A stretch of 64,000 nucleotides of DNA from the human T2T-CHM13v2.0 reference genome, Homo sapiens. The position numbers and the translations under genes were made by a program. Under the pieces are notes generated by a model. It was not told where the DNA came from and searched no databases. It worked only from the letters and a program-made list of their open reading frames with translations. Every line of letters starts with the position of its first letter. Positions within the stretch are counted from its first letter, which is position 1. Positions 10,598 to 25,055 of this stretch are shown in pieces. The DNA lies in assembly GCF_009914755.1 (NCBI RefSeq), contig NC_060925.1; one strand, 5' to 3'.

Positions 10598-13500
10598 GAC
10601 AAGTCTAAAACATTCAAAAAATTGAAATATCAAGCATCTACTCTTACTATAATGGAATAAAACTAAAAATCAATAACAAGATAAATTTTGGGAAACTATA
10701 CAAACACATACTCCTGAATGACTAGTGAGTGAATGTAAAAATTAAGAAGAAAATTTAACATTTTTCAAACAGATGATAATGGAAACAGAACATAGCAAAA
10801 TCTATGGAATACACCAGAAGTAGTACTAAGAGGAAAGTTTATAGCTATAAGCATGTATATCAAAAAGAAGAAAAACTTCAAATAAACCACCTAATAATAC
10901 ATCTTAAGAACTAGAAAAGCAAGAGAAAACCATACCTTAATTTAGCAGAAGAAAAGAAATAACAAAGATCAGAGCAAATGTAAATGAAACTGAACAAAGA
11001 AAACAATACAAAATATGAATGAAATAAAAAGTTGGCTTTTTGAAACGAAACACAACTGACAAATCTTTAGCCACACTAAGAAAGAGCGAAGACCAAAATA
11101 AATAAAATCAGAGATGAAAAAGGAGATATTACAACCAATACTGCAGAAATTTAAAGGATCATTAGTGGTTACTATGAGCAACTATATGCCAATAAATTTG
11201 AAAACCTAGAAGACATAGATAAATTTTTAAACATGTACAACCTACAAAGATTGAACCATAAAGAAATCCAAAACCTGAACAGACCAATAACAAGTAATGA
11301 GATTGAAACCATAATAAAAAATTCTTCCATCAAAGAAAAGCCTGGGATCCAATGGCTTCACTACTGAGTTTTACTAAACATTTAAAGACGAACTAATGCC
11401 AGTCCTACTCAAACAATGCTGGAAAATAGAAGAAGAAGTAGTACTTCCAACCTCATTCTCCAGGACAGTATTATTCTGATACCAAAACCAAAGATACAGA
11501 AAAAAAAAAAAGGAGAGAAAACTGTAGGCCAATAATCCTAATGAGCATTGATGCAACAATCCTTAACAAAATACTAGCTTCAATAACACATTAAAAATAT
11601 ATTCATCATGACCAAGTGGGATTTATCCCTGAGATGCAAATATGATTCAACATATACAAGTCAATTAATGTGATACATCATGTCAACAGAATGAAAGATA
11701 AAAGCCATGTAATCATTTCAACTGATGCTGAAAGCATTTGATAAAGTGCAATATCCCTTCATGATAAAAACTCTCAAAAAAGTACATATAAAATGAACAT
11801 ACTTAAACATAATAAAAGGTATATATGATAGACCCACAGCTAGTATCATGCTAAATGGCTAAAATCTCACAACCTTTCCTCTTAGACATGGAACATGACA
11901 AGAATGCCCACTTTCACTATTGCTATTCATCATAGTACTGGAAGTCCTAGCAAGAGCCATGAGACAAGAGAAAGATATAAAGATCATCCAAATTGGAATG
12001 GAAGAAGTCAAATTATCTTTTTTGCAAATGGTATAATTTTGTATTTGGAAAAATCTAAAAACTCCACCAAAAGACTATTAGAACTGATAAACAAATTAAG
12101 TAAAGTTGCAAGATATAATATCACTATACAAAAATCAGTAGTATTTCAATATGCCAACAGCAAAATTCTGAAAAAGAAATCAAGAAAGTCATCACATTTA
12201 CAATAGTTATAAACAAAATAAAATATCTGAAAATAAACTTAATCAAGGAAGTGAAATATCTCTACAGTGAAAACTATAAAACATTGATGCAAATAATTTA
12301 AGAACAAACACAGAAAATTGCAACTTATTCCATGTTCATGCATTGGAATAATTAATATTGTTACAATATTCATACTACCTAAAACAATGTATAGATTAAA
12401 TGCAATTCCTATCAAAATTCCAATGACAGTCTTCACAGAAATAGAAAAAGCAATCTTAAAATGTGTATGGAACCACAAAAGACCGAGAATATCCAAAGCC
12501 ATCCTGAGCAAAAAGAACAAAACTGGAGGATTCACATTTTCTAATTTCAAATTATACTACAGAGCTGTAGTAACCAGCATGATACTGGCATAAAAACAGA
12601 CACACAGAGCAATGGAACAGAAAAGAGGACACGGAAATAAATTCACACATCTACAGTGAACTCATTTTTTCACAAGGATGCCAAGAACATATATTGGGGA
12701 AATGATAGTTTCTTTAATAAATTGTGCTACGAAACTGGATATCTATATGCAGAAGAATAAAACTACACCCCTCATTATATACAACTGTCAAACCAAAATA
12801 GATTGAAGATTTAAATCGAAGACCTCAAACTATAGAACTTCTAAAAGAAAACATTGGAGAAACTCTCCAGGACATTGGTCTAAGCACAGGCAACCACAAC
12901 AAAAATGGGCAAATAGGATCACATGAAGTTAAAAATCTTCTGCAGGGTGAGGAAAACAATCAAAAACCCACAGAATAGGAAAAAAATATTTTCAATCTAT
13001 TCATTTGACAAGAGATTAATAACCAGGATATATAATGTTCTCAAACAATTCTATAGGAAAAAATCTAATAATCTTATTTAAAAATTGGCAAAATATCTGA
13101 ATAGACATTTCTCAAAAGAAGACATATGAATGGCAACAGGTATATGAAAAAATGCTTGATATCATTGTTCATCACAGAAATGAGAATCAAAACTACAATC
13201 ATCTTACCCGAGTTAAAATGACATTTTTTTTTTCCAAAGGACAGGCAATAATGAATACTGGTGAGGTTTTTGAGAAAGGGAACTCTCATACACTGTTGGT
13301 GAGAATGTAAATTACATGTGCAATCATGTAAATGTAATGTAATGTACAATGTAAAAACAATGTACAACCACTGTGGAGAACAGTTTGAAGTTTCCTCAAA
13401 AAATGAAAATAGAACCATCATATGATCCAGCAATTCCACTTCTGGGTATGTACCCAAAATAAAGAAAATAAGTATATCAAAAATAGATCTACATTCCCAT

Positions 13501-14130
13501 GTTTATTGTAGCACTATTCACAATATCCAATATTTGGAAGCAAGCTAAGTGTCCATCAGCAGAGAAATGGATAAAGAAAATATGGTACGTATACACAGCA
13601 GATACTATTCAGCTCTAAAAATGAATGAGATCCTGTCATTTGGAACATGGATGGAACTGGAGGACGTTATGTTAAGTACAATAAGCCAGGCACAGAAAGA
13701 CAAACCTCACGTGTCCTCACTTATTTGTGGAACCTAAAAAAAGAAAAGTGAAACAATTGAACTTATGGATATAGAGTAGAATGATACTTTCCAGAGGCTG
13801 GGAAGGTTAGCTGGAGGGTGGAAGGGGATATAAGGATGGTTAATTGGTACAAAAATCTAGTTAGATAGAACAAATAATATCTAGTATTTGATAGCACAAG
13901 AGGGTGACTACAGCCAATAATAATTTATCGTATATTTTAAAATAACCTAAAAGAGTATTATTTGATTGTTTTTAGGACCTAGAAAGAATAAAGGCTTTGT
14001 TGATAGATACCCCATTTACCCTGATGTGATTAGTGTGCATTGCATTTCTGTATAAAATATCTTATGTATCTCATAAATATATATACCTACCATGTACCCA
14101 TATACATTAAAAATAAAAATTAATTTTAAA
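10598..14130 (+). mobile_element. 5'-truncated L1MA (L1MA1-3-like), ORF2 to polyA
   Basis: ORF2 RT remnants ([26 protein letters not shown]; [19 protein letters not shown]); L1MA-type 3'UTR ..gatagcacaagagggtgactacag..atatatacctaccatgtaccca; A-rich tail. Confidence 0.9.
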
Positions 14131-15354
14131 AATGCAAAAAAGAAATATTACTGAAATGCATAGTTACACATATTTTGAAATTAAAAAACAAAGTTCTGAA
14201 TAGCAAATGAGTCAAAAGGTAAGTCACAAAAAATATTTTCAAACAGTTTGAATTTACCAAAAAATAAAAATTTAACTTACCTAAATTTGAGAGTTGCAAC
14301 AAAAGCACTTAGTTAGAAATTTATAGCGTCGAATGCATAAACTCCATTAGAAAAGAAAAAATATCTCCAATCAATAATACAAACTTTGCTTTAGGAATTT
14401 AGAGAAAATGGAGAAAAGTAACCTTCAATTAAGCAGCAGAAAATAAATATAAATAATATTAGAGGTAAACAAAAATTGTATTTAATTTTTTATTAAATAA
14501 CAAAACAGAAATATAACAAATAAATTTTTGAAGCTATTATATGTTTATTAAGATTAAGAAAAGCAACTGCTAGCAAAAGTAACCAAATTAAAAACAAAAA
14601 TAAAACAGAAAACACACATCAATTTCATAAATGAAAGGTAGGTTATCACTATTGATGTATTAAAGGAATCGTCATATTAAGAGAATTACCACACACAACT
14701 TAGTCCACTCAAATCTGATTATTTTAATAAAAGGTACACCTTTCTTGGAAGAAAAAAATCACAAAAATTCACACAAGAAAAAATAGGTAATCTGAATTGA
14801 TTTATTAATATTATAGAAAATTATTCCATAATTAAAAACATTTTAAGAAAGGAAGCACCTGATTCAGATTATTTGACTGTTGAATTTTACCTACACTAAA
14901 TGAAGAAGTGATAACAATTCTTCACAATCTCTTCCAGAAAAAGAAAATAGAGGAAATGCTTACTAACTGATTCTTAAAGTCAATATTATTATAATATCCA
15001 AATCAGGTAAAGATATTATTAAAAGAAACAATTGGCCTGTATTTCTCATTAATACTGATGCAAGGATGCTTAATAATGTATTAGCAAGTTGAATTCAACA
15101 GTATATAAAAAGAGTTATACAAAAAAAACTGAGTGTGATTTCTTTCTGATATGTAGTATTAGTTCCATATTTAAAAATCAGTGTAATCCACCACTGATGA
15201 ACATAACAAAGAAGAATAATCATATGACAATACCAATTGACAGAGGAAAAAAATGTCAAATCCAACACCCAATCACGCAAAACAAACAAGCAAAGAAACA
15301 AAACTCTCAGTAAACTGAGTAGAGAGAAGATTTCTCAGCTTCATAAAGATCATG

Positions 15355-15650
15355 AGCCCAGACATGGTGACTCATGCCTCTAACCCCAGCATGGGATTGG
15401 GAGGACAAGGTGGGTGGATCACCTGAGGTCAGGAGTTTGAGACCAGCCTGGCCAACATGGTGAAATCCCGTGGCTGCTAAAAATACAAAAATTAGCTGGG
15501 TGTGGTGGCACACACCTGTAATCCCAGCTACTCAGGATGCTGAGGCACAACAATAATTTGAACCTGGGAGGTGGAGGTGGCAGTGAGCCGAGATCACACC
15601 ACTTTAGCCTAGACAACAGTGTGAGACTCTGAAGAAAAAGAAAGAAAAGA
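15355..15650 (+). mobile_element. AluS (Sx-like)
   Basis: Dimeric Alu with ggatcacctgaggtcaggagtttgagaccagcctggccaacatgg and central taaaaatacaaaaattagc. Confidence 0.95.
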
Positions 15651-15656
15651 AAGAGA

Positions 15657-15720
15657 GAAGGAAGGAAGGAAGGAAGGAAGGAAGGAAGGAAGGAAGGAAG
15701 GAAGGAAGGAAGGAAGGAAG
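15657..15720 (+). repeat. (GGAA)n microsatellite derived from the Alu tail
   Basis: About 15-16 perfect GAAG units directly after the Alu A/GAAA tail. Confidence 0.97.
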
Positions 15721-18464
15721 CTCAATAATATTCTGGAAGTCCTACATAGTACAATATAAGAAAAAAATAAAGGTTACATATTAGAAAGCAAGAAAAAATT
15801 ACTTGCATTGTTTGCGGACAACATGAACGTCAATGAGGAAAGCCCCAAAGAAATGACAATAAGAAATTCTGGAATGATTAACTGAGTATAGCAAGATCAC
15901 AGGGTACAGGATTTAAATATAAAAGTCAATTGCTTTTGTATATGCCAGTAATGAATAATTATAATTTGATATTTAAAAATACAATAGCACACGCAAAAAA
16001 GGAAATGGGTATAAGTCTTTCAAAATATGTACAGCATATACATGTAGAAAACTATAAAGCTCTAATAAAAGCAATACACAAAAATCTAAATAAACAGAGA
16101 GATAATAATTTATTTATGGATCAGAATACCCAATGTTGTTAAGATATCAACTCTTACCAATTATACATATGTTCAACAAAATCTCTCTCTAAATCCCATC
16201 AAATTGTACTTTTCTTGGTGTAGACATACTGATTCTAAAGGTTATAAGACAAGTCAAAAAACCTAGAATAATCAATACTACTTCGCTTAAGAAGAACAAA
16301 GTTAGAAGACACACTCTACCCAATCTCAAGGCATACCACAAAGCTAAGGCAAACAAGACAGCATGGTTCTCGTGAAAAGATAGATACCTAAAGCATTAAG
16401 ACAGGAAAAAATGTTGAGATACAGCCCCACAGAAATACAGTCACCTGACAAAAAGGAAAGGCATTTCAATAAAAGAAGACTGATCATTTCACCAAATGGC
16501 ATTGGAATAATTGGGTGTCCTTATGCAAAACAAAACAGAGAAGCAAAAAACTAGAAAAAGACCTTATACTTTTCACTAAAATTAACTCATAATAGATTGT
16601 CAGATTAAATGTAAAACATAAAATTTAAAAAAAAATTGTAGAAGAAAATGTTGGTGATCTTAGATTTGTATGAGCTTTTAAGTATATTTCTAGATGAATA
16701 ACCCATGGCAGAAAAAACAAAGTGATAAACTAGATATTACTAAGTTAAAAACTACTGCTCATAACAGCATCTTAGTAGCAAAGGATACTGTTTAAAAAAT
16801 TTAAAGTACAGACTCATAAGCTTTTTTCAAAACGAATATCCCATAAAGGACTTGAATAAAAAATATACAAAAAATATTGTAAAACTCAACAATTAGAAAA
16901 CAAGCAACCCAATTTAAAAATGGGCAAAAGATCTAAATAGACACTTCAGCTTACATAAACAAATAGAAAATAAACATACAAAGTCATACTCAATGTCACT
17001 TGTCATTAGGGAATTGCACGTTAAAACTCTAGTGAAAGTTCAGTATATGCCTGTTAGAATGGTTTAAATAATAAAATAACACACTGACAATACCAATCTT
17101 TGGCAAGAATGTAGAACTACAGGGATTCTCATTCATTGCTGGTGGAGATGCAAAATGGTACCATAACCTTGGACAACAGTTTAGCACTGTCTTCTAAAGC
17201 AAAACATGTTCTTACCACACAATTCAATATTCATGTTCCTAGGTATGTATCCAACTGATTTTTAAAAATTTATGTCTATGTAAAACCTGCATGCAAATGT
17301 GTATAGATGCTTTATTAATGGTATCCAAAAACTGGAAGTAACAAAGATAGCCTTCAATATGTTAATGGACAAACAAACTGTGGCACAGCCATAAAATAAA
17401 ATGTTATTCTGCAGTAAAAAAAAATAATGAGTCTCAAGCCACAAAAAGACATGGATGAACCTTAAATGCACATTGCTAAATGAAAGACTCCAGTTTAAAA
17501 GGGATGTTAATTGTACCATTCCAATGATGTAACATTCTAGAATAGGCAGGCTGTGGCAATGGTAAAAATATCAGTGGTAACCAGGAATGAAGCAGAAAAG
17601 AGAAGGTTGAGAAGCACAGGGAAACTTTTAAGAAAGCAAAACTATTCTTTATGGTACTATAATGGTGGATACAATATATTATGCGTTTGTTAAAACCCAT
17701 AGTACATTACAGGTTAAAGATTGAGCTTTAATTATGCAAATTTTAAAGTCAGGAAGTTGAATATCCCAGAAAGGAATGTAGACTGTGACAAGAAAATATA
17801 TGTGTATTACAAATTTATGAAACTACTGATCTCTAAGTAACTGGAAATAAGTGGAGTCTGTAAAACTTTAGGATAAAAGGAAACCTGAACAGAAGTATGA
17901 TACTCTAGGTAATCAAGTTGCTTCCCAGGAGATTTCAGCCTAACAATTCTGAGGCTGCCAAAACTGCATACTGGAATGGAACAATGAAGTAAATGAATGT
18001 CAAGTGAAACAGCTAAAATAATTCACATAGTAATGGATTACTTGGAGACCACAGAATAAACTTATGTTTAGCTTAATATGAATAGAGATGCTTACATATA
18101 AAACTATTTGTTGATATATGCATATGCACGAGTTCATATACCCACAAACAGTTCCTTTTTCTTTCGACTGAGAAGATATAAGAATACTCCAAAAACAATG
18201 AACACAATAGCACCCAGTTCTTGGTTTCTAATACCATTTTCTAATAAAAGGAAATAGGGCTCCTTAGAGAAATGGCTGATTATAAGACAGCACTGGAAAT
18301 ATATAAGATGAAACTAGAGCACCTTGTAGTACCAGAATGTAAGAAAATGATAAATAAAATACCCATATTAATAAGGTTATGTCACAAAGACACAGGAACC
18401 AATTGAAAACTCACCCAATGGTTAACAATAGAACAATCTGAGCAATGACAACAACAAATTAAAA

Positions 18465-19097
18465 TTGTGGAGAAAAGAGAACTCTCATACACTGTTGGTG
18501 AGAATGTAAATTAGTATAATCTTTACGGTAAACAGCATGAAGATTTCTCAAAGGACTAAAAATAGAATTAGCATTTGATCTAGCCATCACACTACTGGGT
18601 ATCTACTCAAAGGAAAAGAAACTGCTATATAAAAACGGTATTTGCACGCATATGTTTATCACAGCACTATTCACAATAGTGGAGATATAAAATCACCCTA
18701 AATTGCCATCAACAAACGGTTGGCTGAAGAAACGTGATACATATGCACAAGGGAATAGTATTTGGCCATAAAAAAGGATGAAATCATGTGTTTTGCAGCA
18801 ACATGGATAGAACTGGAGGTTATCTTATGTGACAAAAGTCAGAAAGATTAATACTGCATGTTCTCACTTATAAGAGAAAGCTAAATAATGTGTACGCTTG
18901 GATATAGAGTGTGGAACAATAGACTATGGAGATTCAGAAGGGTGAGGGAGTGAGAGTGGTGTGGATGAAGAGAAATTACTAATGGGTAAGAAGTACATTA
19001 TTTGGGCAATGGATAGCCTAAAAACCCTGGCTTCACCACTATTCAAACTACATATGTAACAAAATTGCACTTGTGCCCCTAAAATTATACAAATTAA
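18465..19097 (+). mobile_element. L1PB4-like 3' fragment
   Basis: ggagattcagaagggtgag..gagaaattactaatggg..aaaattgcacttgtgcccctaaaattatacaaat resembles the L1PB4 3' end. Confidence 0.82.
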
Positions 19098-19749
19098 GAT
19101 ATAATTTTAAAATAGTATTAGATTTGTATCCCAAAGAGTAAAATAAATAATCATGAATTCATACTTATATAAATAAATGATTGAGTAAATATATAAATGC
19201 GGAAGACACAAGTCTTCTGTGTAGAGGAATTCCAAACAAGAGGAAATTTCACCCTTGAGCTGGTGCATAATTGCATGCTCCTTCGTGTGGGCTGCAATCA
19301 GTGTCTTTCTTCCAGAAAGTACAATTTGTAAATGTGAACAGAAAGAATAACTCTACAGTGGAGAAACCTGACAAACCCAGCCTCCACAAGGCAATCAAAA
19401 TACCAACAGTGAAAAGTCACTGATATGTCTACAAAATACCGGTCTTGTACTCAAAATTGTCAAAGCTATCAAAGTGAAAGAAAACCTGGAGAACCTGTCA
19501 CAGCCAAACAGAGCCTGAGGAGTTATGATGACTAAATTTAATGTGGTATCTAGGATAGGACCCTGAAACAGGAAATGAACATCAGCTTTAAACTATGGAA
19601 TAAAACTGAAAAAATCTGAATAATGTATGAATTTTAGCTGAGAAAAATTCATTGATGTTTCACTAATTGTTTCAAATCAACCATACTAAAGTAAGATGTA
19701 ATGTAAGATAATATTGCAGAGACTGGATGCAGTGTGTATGATAACTGTG

Positions 19750-20820
19750 TATTCAGTGTGATATTTTGGTACATATTAATATATTCAGTGTGAAATGATC
19801 ATGTCAGGGAATTAGCATATCACCTAAAGCATTTATCATTTCTTTGTATTGGGAACATTCAAAATCCTCTCTTCTAGCTACTTGAAAATGCATAATGAAT
19901 TATTGTTAAGTATACTCATCCTACAGTGCTATAAAACACTAGAACTTATTCCTCTTATCTAGCTGTAGTTCGTGTATGTTAACCAATCTGTTCCTATCCC
20001 TCCTCCTCCTACTACTCTTCCCAGCCTCTAGTAGCCGCTTCTATGAGATTAACTTTTTAAACTTCCACATGAATGAGAAAATTTGGTATCTATTTTTCCA
20101 TGGCTGACTTATTTTTCCTAACATAGTGTCCTCCAGGTTCATTGACATTGCCTCAAATGACAGAATTTCGTTCTTTTTGTGGCTGAGTAATATTCCATTG
20201 TGCATATATATTACATTTCCTTTATTCATCTCTTGATAGATATATAGATTGAGTCCATATCTTGCCTATCATGCATACTGCTGCAATAAACATGGGGGTG
20301 CAGATATTTCTTCGACATAATAATTTAATTCCTTTTGAATATGTACCCAGTACTGGGTAATGGGATTGTTGGATAATATGGTAGTTCTACTTTAAAATTT
20401 TGAAGGAAACTTCATACTGTGTTCTATAATGACTGTATTAGTTTACATTTCAAGCACAGTATATAAAAGTTCCTTTTTCTCTTTTTCTCATTCTTATCAC
20501 TTTTTTTGTCTTTTTGATTATTGACATTCAAATGGGGTAAGATGCTGTCTTGGGATTTAGATTTGGATTTCCTTGACAAGGAGTGATGTTGAGCACATAT
20601 GTCTATTTTTATGCCAGTGCCATGCCAATTTGGTTACTATAGCTTTGTAGTATATTTTGGAGTCATATAGTGTGATGATTCCAGTTTTATTCATTTTGCC
20701 CAGAATTGCTTTGGCATTTAAGAGTCTTTTGTGTTCCATGCAATTTTAGAACTCTTTCTTTTTTCTATTTCTGTGAAGAATAGTATTAGTAATTTCATAG
20801 GGATTGCATTGAATCTGTAA
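19750..20820 (-). mobile_element. L1MA (MA5-MA7-like) 3' fragment with an internal deletion near 20598
   Basis: catttatcatttctttgtattgggaacattcaaaatcctctcttctagctac..; minus ORFs 20041-20229 and 20557-20739 are ORF2 remnants; the sequence jumps from gatgttgagca to tgtctatttttatgccagt. Confidence 0.85.
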
Positions 20821-21884
20821 ATAAAATTGTTCTAAATTTTTAATGCCTATTTTTATAAACAGCTATCCTCAGGAAAGAAATGAAAAAATACTAAAAACAT
20901 ATCCTGAATCTTACAGTTGTAAGTAGTATTGCATCAAAACAAAAACATTTCTTCTCATTATCATTTCATTTAGTTTTTGTAAAAATATTGAGAAGAACAA
21001 ATACTAATGGCTAACTTAAAAACGTAGCAATGGATAATAAGTAATAAATCCTTATTCTGGCCTCTTCTACACTGTATTGTTCCAAATAGACTAGAGCAGC
21101 ATAAAAAAAATCTTATTTGAACCTTATTATAATACAATTTTGCACACTTTTTAAAAAATTAATGCTTATTCAAATATACAATGAGATAAAACACCAACAC
21201 ATAGCATTAGGTGAATTAATATATTTTGCACATAATATTGATTAATACTGTTAGCATTGTTGCCAGAATTTTTCACTGATTTGGGGTTATTAGTATGTTT
21301 TTGGCTGTAGTGCAAAATTTTTTCTCTAATTCTTTCTCTGCTTTTTTCTCACATAAGACACACGTATTGAACTTTGTGTTTCCTGTCATTTTTCACAATG
21401 AAGAACACCATTCAAAATCATGCTTGACAGGATAAAACTTATGCCTATAACAATACAGATTATTCTCTATGTAAATAAAAGTAGATATATTCTTTTCTGA
21501 GTGGATGTTTAGCTGAGGTCCTGACATTTGTGGGTATGTGTGTTTTATTTGCATTGATGTTGAAAGAATGCACAGACATAAAGTCTTATATTCTAACATA
21601 TTAATGGAAATTACAATTACATTTCTACACTATCAATTTAAATACTAAATGTGTTGCTTAAAAATAATTTTTTAAGTTCAACAATTCCATAATTATTGTG
21701 GCCAGGGTACAGTAATAGTAGATAATGCATATTTTAATCTGGTAATAGTTACATTGTCTTTTTTCCTAAAAATCTAAGTTTTACATTTGCATTTTTAAGG
21801 ACTTTACAACCACTTACAGATACATTTTGCTTGTCATGACTAATGAGACAATATGCATGTAATTATGCTGTTCATGGTAAATTC

Positions 21885-21965
21885 TTGTCAGTGTTTTATT
21901 ATGTTCATCACCATATTTCCAGTGCCTACCATAATACCTAAGCATGTAAGAATGAATGAATAATA
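21885..21965. mobile_element. L2 3'-end remnant
   Basis: gttcatcaccatatttccagtgcctaccataatacct..gaatgaatgaa is typical of the L2 terminus. Confidence 0.55.
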
Positions 21966-22614
21966 ATTTAACAAAGGCATAAAAAATATTATTTTTTTAA
22001 AAGTTATGTTAGTGAACGAATAAATTTGTGTTTATTTTTGAAACTTCAGTGTATTCATCTTAAAGAATATATAGTTTCAAATCTTGTTGGACATTTTGTT
22101 TTATTCAATATCTTATGAGGACTCCTGAGCTTATTGTGACTGTATGAAGTTTGCAAAGTCAAATGAGAATTTCAAATATTCATTTAGGAGTGTTGTTGCT
22201 TCCAAGAGACTTTATAAATAATTATTCTTCCTACATTTGGCAACCCAATTACAGAGAATAGTTTTCTGAGGCAGTAATATAACGTTTTGGGGAGATTCCT
22301 AACACATTTGAAATTTCGGTAGAAAATTTAAATCATGTGACTACTAACAACTTGGGGTTCAAACAATTAACAGGTTATGATATTCCAGGAATCAAAAATG
22401 GCTTCTAAATCTGTAAATTAATGGTACCTATGCAGGAAAGTAATGAATCTCTCCCAATCTCAAATCATATAACACGGTCCACATACCTTGGGCTGGTTTT
22501 CTCCAGCAAACTAAACTTTCCTCCACATGAGTCTTTACAAAACATTATTTCTTTTCCTTAGCACACTCTTCTGCCAGCTCATTTTTTGCTGAACTTTTGC
22601 TCTCACTTCTGGAG

Positions 22615-23062
22615 TACTTTATCAATTTTCACAATAATGTCATAGTACAAACCACCTAAAACCTAGTGCTTTACAACAACAAAAGTTATTTTTACACATG
22701 AGCCCTGGTGGACTCTGAGGGTACAGTGGCATGGGTTGGACTCAGCTAATCTTTGCTAGACTCATTCAGTTATTTGCAGAAGTTGACTCTTTGGTGTAGG
22801 CTGGTTGCTCTAGGATGACCTAGCTGGGATGACTCCACTTGTTGCTCACATTGCTCCATTAGTCTGCTCTCAGTAGGTACTCATAGTGTTGTGAGGAACC
22901 CAAAAAGAAAAAAAATGTAAAAGCAAAAGTGCTTTCTCAAGCTTCCGACTGGCCAAAATAATTCAATAATGAAGCCCAGAATGAGTGTGGGTAGATAGTG
23001 TCAAGGGGTATAGATACGAGGTGGAATGAAAAATAGACTATTCATGCAATGAATCTCTTACA
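22615..23062 (-). mobile_element. MaLR LTR, MLT1H-like
   Basis: aaaccacctaaaacctagtgctttacaacaac..ggctggttgctctaggatgacctagctggg..actggccaaa..aagcccagaatgagtgtggg. Confidence 0.65.
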
Positions 23063-24419
23063 ATATCTATTTCCTATGTGCATTTCTGTCTGTATCAATG
23101 TCTGCATATTTATATGGATACACTTTAATTTGATTTCAAGTCCAAATAACAAAATGGCAAAAGCAGGTGTTTCTTTGCTTATATCAAAAAATTTTTAAAA
23201 GTTGACCTGTGCTTTGATTCTATGACAATAAAAATGTCATATGTCACACAGTATAAAATATTTGTAACAATATTTTATCTTTTCAATTCAAATTTAATAG
23301 CTTATTGGACTTCTCTTTTCTATTTTCTATGCACCATTAAACATCAGACATCTCTTGTCTCATTCTCACCTAATTTTTTATCTTGTTGAAAACCCTAGAA
23401 AATTTGTTATATCCTTTTTATTGTCCATATGAATTAAACTGTCTTCTATTGTTATATTTCAGAAAATGTATCTTCTCTCTACCTCCCACTAGAATGAAAT
23501 CTTAAATGCAAGACAATATCTAATTATTTCTCCAAAATTACTCTTATGTGTCACATTTTTATCAATATTGGATATCATTATAAAGGCTAGTATTATTAGT
23601 TATGTACTGATGCTTATTAGTATTAATCAACTAGCATTGTGAAGGACCATTATGAATTACTATTAATATAAATATACATATGTCTTAAGTATGGCTTGAC
23701 ATGAGGATAAACTTTATGATATCTAGGACAGTAGCTCTCTATCCTAGGTGTATACTGGAATCTACCACAGCGCTTTATAAATGTAAATTTCCAGTCTTCA
23801 ATCTGGTAGATTCTGAGATATGTTTGTATTAGTTGTTAATATTTTTCAGAAGTTGATTTCAGAGGCCAGGGAATTATATTATCAAAATGTAGAAAAATGA
23901 ATAGTTAAGTTCCTTAGCATAGGACATATATAACCAAAAGACAATCTGAATTATTAATCCAAGCTTACGCAAACGAGAAAGACAAAGAAAAAATATTAAG
24001 AGCTGCAAACAGCAGTAGGTTGTTCTCAACAGAATTATTCATAAAGTGATAAAGAATCTACAGAAGAAAAGTTATTTCTAAGGCTAGGCCTAAAAGAGTA
24101 ACCCAGCTTAGTTTATTCAGAAGGCCAATAGTGTACATCTTAGAAAGACTGAAGTAAAAACCAGTGGGTTTATACTTTTTTATTTAAATAGAGGCTTATC
24201 TTTTAAAAGTAGAAAATACTATATGGCTACATGCCAAATCATTTCAGATGGAACTATAACTGAAGAATTACAAAAAAAAATTGAAAAAGAGGTCCCTCTT
24301 TATTACAGCAGCCTTACAAATTTCTTGACATGAGAAATTTTATTCATCAGTTCTCTTACTTAGTTTGACCTTTATAATCATAAGAATTGTATGAGTTACT
24401 GTTATCAGCACTTCATCAG

Positions 24420-25055
24420 AATATTTTGATTACCTATTCCTGTACAGCACAGTATCCCAAAACACAGTGGGTTAGCATAACCGTTTCATTTGTTTCCTAT
24501 TCAATGGATTAGGAACATCAATAGGACATTGCAGGTGCAGTTTATCTTTGCTCCAGTTGATGCCTGATGGGGATGAAATGCTCAAGATTACTTCTTGTTT
24601 GACATATGTACTCAGCTAAGATTGCTTCTGTGTTTGAGGAATAGTTAGAATGTATCAGCTGGGATAGGATGATTCGGTTCCAAGATGTCTCATGCACATG
24701 ACTATCAAGATGGTTCTGGCTGTTTGCTGGAAGCTCAACAGAGACTTACAACTGAAAAAAGTATGCTTATTGTCAACTGGGCTTCTCAGTTCTCTGGTGC
24801 ATGGTGATATTAGTTTTTTTCACAGCATGATGGGTTCAGGATATTTGTACTTCTTATGTGGTTGCTTGCTTCTAAAAGTGCAAAAAGCAGAAGCTGCCAA
24901 AGTTTCTTCTGGTTTAGGTCCAGAAATGACACATAATTTAATTAAAGCAGATCACCAGCTCAACTTGGACAGGAGGGGGGGCAGTGGAAGTTCTACACTA
25001 ATGTAAATACCAGGAAGCATTATTCACTGGGACCACCAATATAAACATTTACAAT
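24420..25055 (-). mobile_element. Old MLT1 (I/J/K-like) LTR
   Basis: atcccaaaacacagtgggttagc..ttccaagatgtctcatgcacatgac..tggctgtttgctggaagctca..gaagctgcca..ttaaagcagatcac. Confidence 0.65.

Larger units (their letters stand above)
14140..20850 (+). mobile_element. Old L1MC-like element (ORF2 plus long 3'UTR), interrupted by an Alu, an L1PB fragment and an antisense L1MA
   Basis: Degenerate ORF2 14.2-17.4 kb; L1MC-type 3' motifs gtggatacaatatattatgcgtttgttaaaacccatag, ctctacagtggagaaacctgacaaac, actaaatttaatgtggtatctaggataggaccctgaaacag. Confidence 0.78.

Noticed and set aside
21330-21540. Strong-looking splice acceptor (ttttttctcacataag) and possible donor gg|gtatgt
   Set aside because: All three frames stop; no other support. 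Could only be non-coding and cannot be distinguished from chance
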